Shown here piece after piece: positions 9,598 to 17,550 of a DNA stretch of 64,000 nucleotides (its first letter is position 1; the number at the start of each line of letters is the position of its first letter). Source of the stretch: Chitinivibrionales bacterium (GTDB lineage: Bacteria > Fibrobacterota > Chitinivibrionia > Chitinivibrionales > JANQEN01); assembly GCA_028278335.1 (NCBI GenBank), contig JANQEN010000251.1, positions 2,925 through 66,924 of the forward strand, given 5' to 3'. Made by a program: the position numbers and the translations under genes. Under the pieces are notes generated by a model. It was not told the origin of the DNA and ran no database searches. It saw only the letters and a list, made by a program, of their open reading frames with translations.

Positions 9598-9868
9598 ATA
9601 GAAACAGCCATTTAACTATTATAATCAGAGAGTATTTATCTAGAAACAGAGCCCATCAGATCTAGAGGCAATGGGTAATCGATCTAGAAACAGAGCTATC
9701 AGTTCTAGAAACAAAGGGCAACTTGGCTAGAAACAGAGATGAACCTATCTAGAAACAGGGACATAAACTTTAGAAACAGAGGGTAACGTATCTAGAAACA
9801 ATGCCCTCAAGATATAGAAACAAAGGGATTTTTAGTATAAACAGAGCCACTAAGGCTAGAAACAGCCC
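9598..9868. repeat. Phased motif array: 13 units of (C)TAGAAACAGAG at 21-22 bp spacing
   Basis: TAGAAACA cores start at 9599, 9620 (degenerate), 9641, 9663 (degenerate), 9685, 9706, 9728, 9750, 9771, 9793, 9815, 9836 and 9857. About 11-12 nt are conserved in each unit, and the intervening ~10 nt are unrelated. Two inverted, degenerate copies (CTCTGTCTAG, CTCTGTTTTG..CTAG) lie at 9921-9948. Confidence 0.85.
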
Positions 9869-10099
9869 CACCTAGCATTTTACATACCTATTGGTATATC
9901 ATTGAGTTAGGATTATTTTACTCTGTCTAGCTCTGTTTTGCTTGCTAGGATGGGTGTTTGTCAAATCAGTACGGCTGGCTCCTTTTGATTGATGATTGGA
10001 TTTGGAATTAGCTGCAAAGGATTTGTAAAGTGTGGAGTTTGAAGTGACTAAAGTGAGCTACAGTTAGAAACCTTGAGAAAAATATTGAACATATAATGT

Positions 10100-10700
10100 T
10101 GTAGATTTGCTGCTCAGCCGAAAATGCAGTCGTGCCGGCATCTGCTTCGCGATGCCACACATCACTCGCAATGAAGTTGTATTAGGAAGGAATGTTTAAA
10201 CTAGCCCATAGGGCTTAGACATACCAGCCTGGGCCATCGGCCCAGGTATAAAGACCACTATAAATACATTCGGCCTGGAGGGCTGAAACAATTTAGGAAA
10301 AAGCAAAGTTCGCCCTCTTCGAGGACGATGGATTTGCAATTATCTCATACCCCAGGTTCCTTCGTCACCAGGGGCTACTCAAGGTTATACCCCTTCGGGG
10401 ATAATAAAAATGAGCTCTTCATATCGAAATATTAGATTGCGTCGCTTCGCTCGCAATGACAAATACGGTTTGACCTTGATCAATCTTTTAATTTTTTGAG
10501 TTAGCCAGGCGGAAGGTGGCCGAAGGCCAGTCCGAGCATAGCGAAGACCGACTGGAAGGTAGCCTGGAGCCACGGCGGCCCGAATGAAATGAGGGCAACT
10601 CCCAAATGATTTTAAAACTTTTTCAATAAAAGCACTGAGAATGCACTCAAACGTTTTGAACAAGATTCCCGCTAAAAGTATGCGGGTATGACAGCTTAAG
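10100..10700. repeat. Patch of short GC-rich hairpin (REP/MITE-like) elements in a non-coding stretch
   Basis: Hairpins read directly from the sequence:
- AGCCC-ATA-GGGCT (10203-10215).
- CCTGGGCC-ATC-GGCCCAGG (10228-10246).
- CCTC-TTC-GAGG (~10314-10324).
- CCCC-TTC-GGGG (~10389-10402).
- Nested CCAGGC...CCAGTC...GACTGG...GCCTGG (10506-10568).
- CCCGC-N9-GCGGG (10668-10686).
There are also two CTCGCAATGA copies (~10169, ~10452). Confidence 0.6.
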
Positions 10701-10833
10701 ATCTTAATAAATAAGCATACATGAGTAGTTATGTTAGATAAAAAAAATAGCCCTATGAGATCGTCTTAATAAAAATTATTTTTTGTGCACTTTACAAGCC
10801 GTTCAATTGTTGATAAGGTGCGTGTTCGGTACT

Positions 10834-12090
10834 ATGGATACCCTCATAATTTTAGGTGTTTTAATTCTGTTGGGAAAGTTGGTCTCTTTTTTAAGTGAAA
10901 AGATCAAGTTGCCTGCAATCACTGGCATGATACTTTTGGGTATCCTTCTTGGGCCAACGGTGTTTGGTTTGATAGAAAAGGATGACATAACACCAGAGAG
11001 GATTCACCACCTCTTTAAAGAGGCGGAGGAAAAACATGAACATCCAGAAAGTCTCATGGAGATCATGCCTAAGCAGATAACCTATGAGATTGTCCATTTT
11101 CTTGCGCTAATCGGTGTTATACTCCTGCTTTTTTCCGCTGGATTGGAGACTGATCTCAATGTGTTGATCCGAGCAGGAAAGGTTTCATTTCTTGTGGCTA
11201 TGGGTGGGTTGATAGTTCCATTCTTCTTTGGCTTTGGGCTTTCCATGCTTTTTGATTCTGATAATATTCAGCGGGCGCTCTTAATTGGGACACTACTTAC
11301 AGCCACCTCGGTTTCGGTGTCAGCAATGTCCCTTATGGTGCTCAAGAAGATCCAGTCCAGAGAGGGTACCACCATTCTCACAGCCGCGATCATCGATGAT
11401 GTAATAGGGATAATTATTCTATCATTAGTTTTAGCCATCATTAGTGGCAATCGACAGGAGTTGATTTTTAGTATCATTGCTATTGCCGGCTATCTTGTGA
11501 TTTCTGTACTCGTGGGTATGTATATGGTCCCCTTTATAATGAATTTTTCAAAAAAGATGAATGTTACCCTCAGTGTTACTGCGGTTGCCTTGGCTTTGAT
11601 GTTTATTTTTGCTGGCGTTGCTGAGGTGTCAAAGGTGGCCAGTATTACCGGAGCCTATCTTGCAGGGCTCTTTATCAGTCGAACCCAGTTTAAAAGCATG
11701 GTCTTTGAACGAATAGAGATCATTGGCCACTCCTTTTTTATCCCTCTCTTTTTTATATTTATTGGGCTTCAGGTTAATCTACGAGAGGGTAACTATAATT
11801 GGTTTTTTATTGTGCTTTTTGTTTGTACTGCAATTATTGGTAAAATTATTGGTTCTGGTTTCATGGCACGAGTGAGCGGATTTCCCGCTAAAAGTGCTTT
11901 TACCATAGGAGCTGGTATGGTTCCCCGTGGCGAGGTTGCCTTGGTTATTGCATCTATCGGCATGAGCTACGCAGGATTAATCGATACGAGCACCTTTACA
12001 GCAACAGTCATATTAGTTGTCATTTCATCCTTTATCACCCCAATTCTTTTAGAGAGGGGATTTAAGTCAAAGGAGGCACCCCATGCTTAA
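10834..12090 (+). CDS. Cation:proton antiporter (CPA2 / Kef-type Na+(K+)/H+ exchanger family)
   Basis: Polytopic membrane ORF (~12 TM) with the N-terminal KLPAITGMILLGILLGP motif typical of the Na_H_Exchanger family. The track ORF begins at TTG 10783. I prefer the in-frame ATG at 10834 (MDTLIILGV...). Confidence 0.85.
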   Translation: MDTLIILGVLILLGKLVSFLSEKIKLPAITGMILLGILLGPTVFGLIEKDDITPERIHHLFKEAEEKHEHPESLMEIMPKQITYEIVHFLALIGVILLLFSAGLETDLNVLIRAGKVSFLVAMGGLIVPFFFGFGLSMLFDSDNIQRALLIGTLLTATSVSVSAMSLMVLKKIQSREGTTILTAAIIDDVIGIIILSLVLAIISGNRQELIFSIIAIAGYLVISVLVGMYMVPFIMNFSKKMNVTLSVTAVALALMFIFAGVAEVSKVASITGAYLAGLFISRTQFKSMVFERIEIIGHSFFIPLFFIFIGLQVNLREGNYNWFFIVLFVCTAIIGKIIGSGFMARVSGFPAKSAFTIGAGMVPRGEVALVIASIGMSYAGLIDTSTFTATVILVVISSFITPILLERGFKSKEAPHA

Positions 12091-12898
12091 GTCGTTGGTA
12101 GCAAAAGGTGGCATTCTTCTCAATGTCGACTTTGCAACAAAGGAGGAGCTCTTTGCAGCTATTGCAGAGGATGCGTTTAATCGTGGGCTTGTTTCCTCGA
12201 AGGAGGAGTTTCAACAGGGACTGCTCGATAGAGAAGCACAGATGAGTACCGAGCTTGAAAAGGGTGTTGCCATACCCCACGTTAAGATGACAATTGTACC
12301 GGATATCTTTGTCTATGTAATAACATCGCAGCGGGGTATAAAATTTGGTGGCCTTGGCTCTAAGGTCAAGATTACCTTTCTTATTGGGGCACCAAAGGAT
12401 TCTCAGCACTTTTTAGATACCATGGCTATGGTTGCGCGCTTTTTACAGAAGAAAGAGCTTAAAGATGCTTTGATTGCTGTTCAGGATGAGCAGGAGGTAT
12501 TGACGCTATTGGAAAGTGCCCTTGGCGTTTCAGAGAGCCGTGAGGAGGGTAGTCGAAACTTACATGGGCTCTTTTTAACCCTCAATGACAAAGAGTCAAT
12601 AGAGACAGCCATGAAGCTTGCTGTTGAGCTGGGGGTAAAGGGTATTCAGGTATTTGATACGACCAACGCTGCTGCAAAGATCGCCTTGAATTTCCCCTTT
12701 CTTTCCTTCTTTGCTTCCCGTAATGAGCAGATCGCCTCGCGAACTATGTTTGGCGTTGTTGAGTGCGAAACAGTGGTACAACGATTACATGCCCATCTTA
12801 AAAAGGAGGACATTGATATTCAAAAACCAGGGGCTGGTCTTTTATTCTCCTTTCCATTAGGAGTGGTTTTTGGTGGGGTGGATGCCGATTATCTGTAG
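12083..12898 (+). CDS. PTS EIIA(Fru/Ntr)-type domain protein with uncharacterised C-terminal domain
   Basis: 271 aa. The N-terminal ~145 aa look like PTS_EIIA_2 (..STELEKGVAIPHVKM.. with the conserved His, then FLIGAP). The C-terminal ~120 aa are unassigned. The start overlaps the antiporter stop (ATGCTTAA). Confidence 0.7.
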   Translation: MLKSLVAKGGILLNVDFATKEELFAAIAEDAFNRGLVSSKEEFQQGLLDREAQMSTELEKGVAIPHVKMTIVPDIFVYVITSQRGIKFGGLGSKVKITFLIGAPKDSQHFLDTMAMVARFLQKKELKDALIAVQDEQEVLTLLESALGVSESREEGSRNLHGLFLTLNDKESIETAMKLAVELGVKGIQVFDTTNAAAKIALNFPFLSFFASRNEQIASRTMFGVVECETVVQRLHAHLKKEDIDIQKPGAGLLFSFPLGVVFGGVDADYL

Positions 12899-13017
12899 CA
12901 AAGTTTCGGTATATTTTGGAAAAAATTATTTTTGAAAATGTTATCCTATAGCAACAAATGTATTAGCTAATCGTAGTGGTAATTACGATATTATTTAAAA
13001 CAGAACGAATGTAAAAA

Positions 13018-13518
13018 ATGAATAACCTCTATAACAACAATCCAAATTTACAAAAAGTGTATCACACCACCAAGGTTGTTAGGAAACCTATCACTGGTAT
13101 AGTCTCAGGATATCATCAACTCCCCTATATATTTGTCTCCCCCGATGATGAGGACACCTCTAAAACAATAGAGATCAGTGGAAAGATTAATGTATCCCCA
13201 AAATTTGTTATCACTCCCTCCATGATGGGTGATCATTTTGGTGAGATATTCGATCCAGAAACCTTTGACGAGGACCTTCAGGGGCGGCTGTTTAGCTTTG
13301 CCTATGGATCGAAGAAGAATCTTAAAGTTGAAAGCGAATATTTTAATATAAAGAGTTTTCAGGAAAAACCCGATGAACATATTAACAGGGTGCATGATAG
13401 GCTGCTCATGCAGGAGAATATAAACACAGGCCTCATATCTGGCCCTCTCTTTAAATATTATCCCGTATCCCTTGATCGATTTATCTCTGAAATAATTGAT
13501 CGCGAATTCAATGTTTAG
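13018..13518 (+). CDS. Hypothetical protein
   Basis: 166-aa ORF with balanced composition. The antisense 150-aa ORF looks like junk. I recognise no family. Confidence 0.55.
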   Translation: MNNLYNNNPNLQKVYHTTKVVRKPITGIVSGYHQLPYIFVSPDDEDTSKTIEISGKINVSPKFVITPSMMGDHFGEIFDPETFDEDLQGRLFSFAYGSKKNLKVESEYFNIKSFQEKPDEHINRVHDRLLMQENINTGLISGPLFKYYPVSLDRFISEIIDREFNV

Positions 13519-13535
13519 GTAAAGGAGATACTGCT

Positions 13536-13733
13536 TTGGGAAAATTTGAACGACCACAATATCTTACAGCACAGGGTCTTCGCCGAAGGACCAAAAACCC
13601 CTCAAAAAACAAAAATACTCAAACTGGTCGTGAGATAATCCCCGGTGTTTATATTGATAAACATAAAAAGGGGCTTAGTAAAGAGGCTGCTAAAGTCATT
13701 GCAATGGCAATACGGGGGATGTTAAAAGGATAG
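13536..13733 (+). CDS. Small basic hypothetical protein (TTG start)
   Basis: 65-aa ORF packed tightly between neighbours. It has a non-ATG start and no recognisable motif. Confidence 0.3.
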   Translation: MGKFERPQYLTAQGLRRRTKNPSKNKNTQTGREIIPGVYIDKHKKGLSKEAAKVIAMAIRGMLKG

Positions 13734-14182
13734 TGTGGATCTTTAGTCTTTATCGATTGTATACAGCCATTGCCGGTGCTGTTTTTTTCTATCTTTTTGT
13801 TTATCCCAGTATTTGGTTGTCCATTCTTACATTCTTTTTTATCCGTTTCTTATGGTTTTTTATTGAAAGGACCATTAAAAAAGTACAGATAAACAAACTG
13901 TTTTTCCAGCACATTGCTCTGTTTAAACAGGAGTATGGCCCCTATGGTATTCGATTGGCAAACAAAGCGGAACAGAATTGGCGCATAAAAGAGAGCTTGA
14001 GCGAAGTCTTTGTATCGGATATAAAAAAATTAGAAACCGCTGTGAGTCATTTAGAAGCGATGGATGCCCTGTTTAATGCTGGTATGCGACCTGAGGGTGA
14101 TGAGTTTCTTATGCATGATTTAAAATTGAAATATGGAAAGGCTCGACTGGAAAAAGAGAAATCGAAACAGACGAACAATTAG
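13733..14182 (+). CDS. Hypothetical membrane protein
   Basis: 149 aa with a GTG start. It has two N-terminal hydrophobic helices and a charged helical C-terminus. Confidence 0.5.
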   Translation: MWIFSLYRLYTAIAGAVFFYLFVYPSIWLSILTFFFIRFLWFFIERTIKKVQINKLFFQHIALFKQEYGPYGIRLANKAEQNWRIKESLSEVFVSDIKKLETAVSHLEAMDALFNAGMRPEGDEFLMHDLKLKYGKARLEKEKSKQTNN

Positions 14183-16155
14183 TCCTCTCGTAACCATCCC
14201 TTTTTTGTAGCCACACGAATAAAGGCATCGATAATCGAAGGGTCAAACTCTTTGCCTTTGCTTCGCAATAGTCTATCAACAGCCTCCTGTTTTCCCAGGC
14301 TATCTCTATAAGGTCTGTTTGAGGTCATTGCCTCAAAGGCATCTGCCACATGGACAATGCGGGCGCTGAGGGGGATCTCTTCTCGTATAAGTCCTGCTGG
14401 GTAGCCACTGCCATCATAATTTTCATGATGGTGCAAGATCAAGGTGTAGAGGTCATGCAAAAAGGGCACATCCTTTACAATGTTGGCGCCTAAGGTACAG
14501 TGTGTTTTCATAACACCGTCAAATTCTTGCTCAGTTAAGGGACCGGGCTTGTTAAGGATATTTCCAGGAATACCGATTTTTCCTATGTCGTGAAGTAAGC
14601 CTCCATCGCGGATTGTGCCGATTGTTTTTGCATCAACATTCATCTCTAAGGCAATTGCTTCGGCAATATTCATGACATTCTCTGAATGCCCGTGGGTATA
14701 GGTATCTTTGGCATCCACTGCAATTGCCAGTGCCTTGATTGTCCGAATGTAGTTTTCCTTCATGTCACTGTAAAGCTTTGCGCTGATGAGTACGGTCCGT
14801 GTTTGACGAATGATACTCTCCATGAGAGCCGATTTCTCTTCATTGATTTCTATTCTGTTCATTGCGCAAATCATAAGAGCACCAAAATTGAAATCTTCCC
14901 ACACAAGGGGGATCACCTGTGTGTATTCAAAGGGTGGGTCAATTTTAGTTCCATTTGCAGGAGCAATATCAAGGAGGACCGGTTTGACTCTTTTTTGAAG
15001 AACACCCGACTGTGTGATACTATTGTACTCGTCTGTAGTCCGAGAAATAAGCTCTTTGAGTGTGTTAATCTCAATATCGCCCCGCTTCCAATAGAGGAAT
15101 TCGTGAAAGCGTTTCTTGATATCTAAAAATCCAATGACATCAATGGCAAAATGCTCTCGCACTGTCTCAAAAAGGTTCTTGATAACATCGCTCAATTCTA
15201 CCAGTCCCACAAAATGTTGAGAATAATTGCATATGAGTGAAAGTTCAGAGACCTTTTGTTTCAAGGAGTTGTACAGATTAGCATTATTGATTGCTGTGCC
15301 TGCCTGCGAGGCTAACACTTCTAAAATGTTTCTATCAATTTCCGTAAAGGGAGGATGGTTTTTTGATCGATTGAGGTTTATAACGCCAATGAGTTCTTCA
15401 TTTGCCTTAACCGGTACTGATAGGATATATCCTTCGGGCAGCTTACTTAGTGGTAGGTGTGCTATTTCATCGGGGATGTTGTTGCCAATCAATAAGCTTT
15501 TTTCATTCGCCACAACCCACTTTGAAATTGGCCATGAAGAGGTGTCGTCAATGCGAGTAAAAATTGAATTTACTAAAATTCCCTTTTGCCGTTCTATACT
15601 GAGAAGGTTATTGTTCTTGTCAACTAGCAGTATGGAGGCTTTATCTGCTTTGAGTGTTTCAACACAGAATTGAAAGGTAACATCAAGAATTTTGGGAATA
15701 TTGTGGGTGTTGGAAATGGTGTTTGAGATACTGTGAAGTGACACCAATTCTGTAAGTGCGGTATTCTCATTTCTAAGATCTAAGGCGTTAATCGCTTGGG
15801 TTACCTTAGACTGTAACATTTCTAATTGAAAGGGTTTAGTCAGGTAGTCGTAAGCTCCATGATGCATCGCCTCAATAACGGTGTTCATGTCCGGATAGCC
15901 GGTGGTAATTATAATAGGGGTTAGGGAGTCAAATTTTCGGACCTCTTTAAGAAAATCGAGTCCCTTCATAACGGGCATTCGGACATCGACAATTGCTAGA
16001 AGGGGTTTATGCTCTTTAAAAAGCTTTAGTCCAGTTGCACCATCTGCAGCAGATACTGTTTGATAACCAATTTTTTCAATGAATCGTGAGACTGTGTTAC
16101 GGATGGTTTCATCGTCATCCACAATGAGAATCGTTTTATCTTGCTGTTCTATCAT
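14179..16155 (-). CDS. Response regulator with GAF-like regions and HD-GYP domain (c-di-GMP phosphodiesterase type)
   Basis: 658 aa. It has a receiver (ILIVDDDETIRN...AIVDVRMPVMKGLDF...TKP), central GAF-like segments and a C-terminal HD-GYP (LLHDIGKIGIP ... HHHENYDGSGYPAGL). Confidence 0.88.
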   Translation of the reverse strand: MIEQQDKTILIVDDDETIRNTVSRFIEKIGYQTVSAADGATGLKLFKEHKPLLAIVDVRMPVMKGLDFLKEVRKFDSLTPIIITTGYPDMNTVIEAMHHGAYDYLTKPFQLEMLQSKVTQAINALDLRNENTALTELVSLHSISNTISNTHNIPKILDVTFQFCVETLKADKASILLVDKNNNLLSIERQKGILVNSIFTRIDDTSSWPISKWVVANEKSLLIGNNIPDEIAHLPLSKLPEGYILSVPVKANEELIGVINLNRSKNHPPFTEIDRNILEVLASQAGTAINNANLYNSLKQKVSELSLICNYSQHFVGLVELSDVIKNLFETVREHFAIDVIGFLDIKKRFHEFLYWKRGDIEINTLKELISRTTDEYNSITQSGVLQKRVKPVLLDIAPANGTKIDPPFEYTQVIPLVWEDFNFGALMICAMNRIEINEEKSALMESIIRQTRTVLISAKLYSDMKENYIRTIKALAIAVDAKDTYTHGHSENVMNIAEAIALEMNVDAKTIGTIRDGGLLHDIGKIGIPGNILNKPGPLTEQEFDGVMKTHCTLGANIVKDVPFLHDLYTLILHHHENYDGSGYPAGLIREEIPLSARIVHVADAFEAMTSNRPYRDSLGKQEAVDRLLRSKGKEFDPSIIDAFIRVATKKGWLRED

Positions 16156-16474
16156 GTACTTAGATCCCGCCTGTGTCTTATTTAGGTTGTAACAGTCTTA
16201 CAACTCCATACTCTTAAAAGATAATATAAATATCCCAAAAAAGGTGCATGTAATGCGCTTATTAAAAAAGCAATCGGAATGAATATGTGTGTGGGATAAA
16301 ACAAAATATTTCTAATCTTTTTTTCAAGCAAGGGCACCTATGACATCCAAGCAATTAAAGTGCTCTTGATGAGATCAATATTCTTTGAAATAGCTATCCC
16401 GTCGGGTAGTGCTTATATAGTATACCATTGTAATATGAAATTCATCAACTTATTTACTCAAGTAGGATTGGAAC

Positions 16475-17440
16475 TCAAAAAGAGAGTGAATCCATCAGAT
16501 TTGCATACTGTATTCGGAGATCCTGGACCTCCCGTGACCAGAACTCATCAGATCCCCAATTGGGAAACCGAGAGCGAAAGAGATAATCCGATTTTTGCAT
16601 ACTACACCATGCAGTAAAGTAGATCATGCGCATAGCCCGTAATCCTTCTATGAGGGGGATTGATCGATAATCAAATTCGCGAAATTGTGAGTATCCCTCT
16701 AAAAGAAGATCAAGATACTTTTTACTTGCCGGATAGTGATCTGGTAAGAGAAGCCAGAAGTCTTGGATAGGTGGTCCGTTCATCATATCGTCAAAGTCGA
16801 TAACCAAAAGTCCTTCATCAGGACGATGCAGGAAATTACCAATATGAAAATCTCCATGAATTCTTATTGTCTCAAGATTTTTAAAATAGGAGGTAATGGT
16901 ATCAACAATTCTTGTACAGATATTGGTGTAGGGCTCAATCCACTTAGGTGTGATTGCCTCTTTTGCCAGTTGTGCAACATACTGGTTTGTGGTTAATTCA
17001 GGTAAAAGACGGAGCCGAGAGGAAGCAGACCTCTTTTGCCCGGCATTATGGATTCTACCTAATAGGGTTCCCACCCGTTGCCAATTATCTTCGTTCTCTA
17101 AGTCGTACTGACGACCTGCTTTTTTTGGAAAAATGGCAAAGGTAATATTCTCTAGCTGGGCTAAGCTCTTTCCATTTGTCAGTTTACAGGGACACACTAC
17201 TGGTATGTCTATTTCTTCGCAATCAAACATGAAATCATGCTCGTCCTTGAGTGCTTTATCTGACCAGCGGCCTGGTCTATAGAATTTTACAATGTAAGAC
17301 TGTTGATTGGTGGATTGAATCTCATACACTCTGTTTATATAACTAGGAAGAGATCGGGCCAGTCCAGTAAGCTTTTCCCCTAAGGCATCTTCTAGTGCTG
17401 GTAAAAATAGATTCGGTGTAAGGTCTGAAAAATTTTTCAT
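16475..17440 (-). CDS. srkA: Stress-response Ser/Thr kinase SrkA (YihE/RdoA family)
   Basis: 321 aa with an aminoglycoside-phosphotransferase fold. Motifs: SYINRVYEI, VKFYRPGRWS, IHGDFHIGNFL, LVIDFDD. Confidence 0.8.
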   Translation of the reverse strand: MKNFSDLTPNLFLPALEDALGEKLTGLARSLPSYINRVYEIQSTNQQSYIVKFYRPGRWSDKALKDEHDFMFDCEEIDIPVVCPCKLTNGKSLAQLENITFAIFPKKAGRQYDLENEDNWQRVGTLLGRIHNAGQKRSASSRLRLLPELTTNQYVAQLAKEAITPKWIEPYTNICTRIVDTITSYFKNLETIRIHGDFHIGNFLHRPDEGLLVIDFDDMMNGPPIQDFWLLLPDHYPASKKYLDLLLEGYSQFREFDYRSIPLIEGLRAMRMIYFTAWCSMQKSDYLFRSRFPNWGSDEFWSREVQDLRIQYANLMDSLSF

Positions 17441-17550
17441 ACTTTACAAATATAAATTTTTTAAAGCAATCAATGAGATGGAAAAGCAGATCTGACTGTA
17501 TGGGTTGGTAGTTTGAAACGTATTCTATTTGTATGGGGTAAGTCTATGAA

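Noticed and set aside
9598-9868. Possible CRISPR array, since it shows regularly spaced repeats with variable intervening sequence.
   Set aside because: The conserved part is only ~11-12 nt and the 'spacers' are ~10 nt. The 21-22 bp period is far below CRISPR dimensions. No cas genes or leader are in the window.
10385-10663. 92-aa track ORF in the long intergenic region.
   Set aside because: It is built entirely from the GC-rich hairpin repeats. Typical repeat-derived peptide strings are present (..SLRAKRRNL.., ..PEGV). It has no plausible start context or neighbours.
10100-10780. A housekeeping structured RNA (tmRNA, RNase P RNA, SRP RNA) hiding in the 1.3 kb non-coding stretch.
   Set aside because: I could not find the diagnostic motifs on either strand. 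These are the GGUUCGAAUCC-type tRNA-like end, the GAGGAAAGUCC P4 element and the SRP GGAAGCAGCC domain IV. An Infernal scan is needed for certainty.
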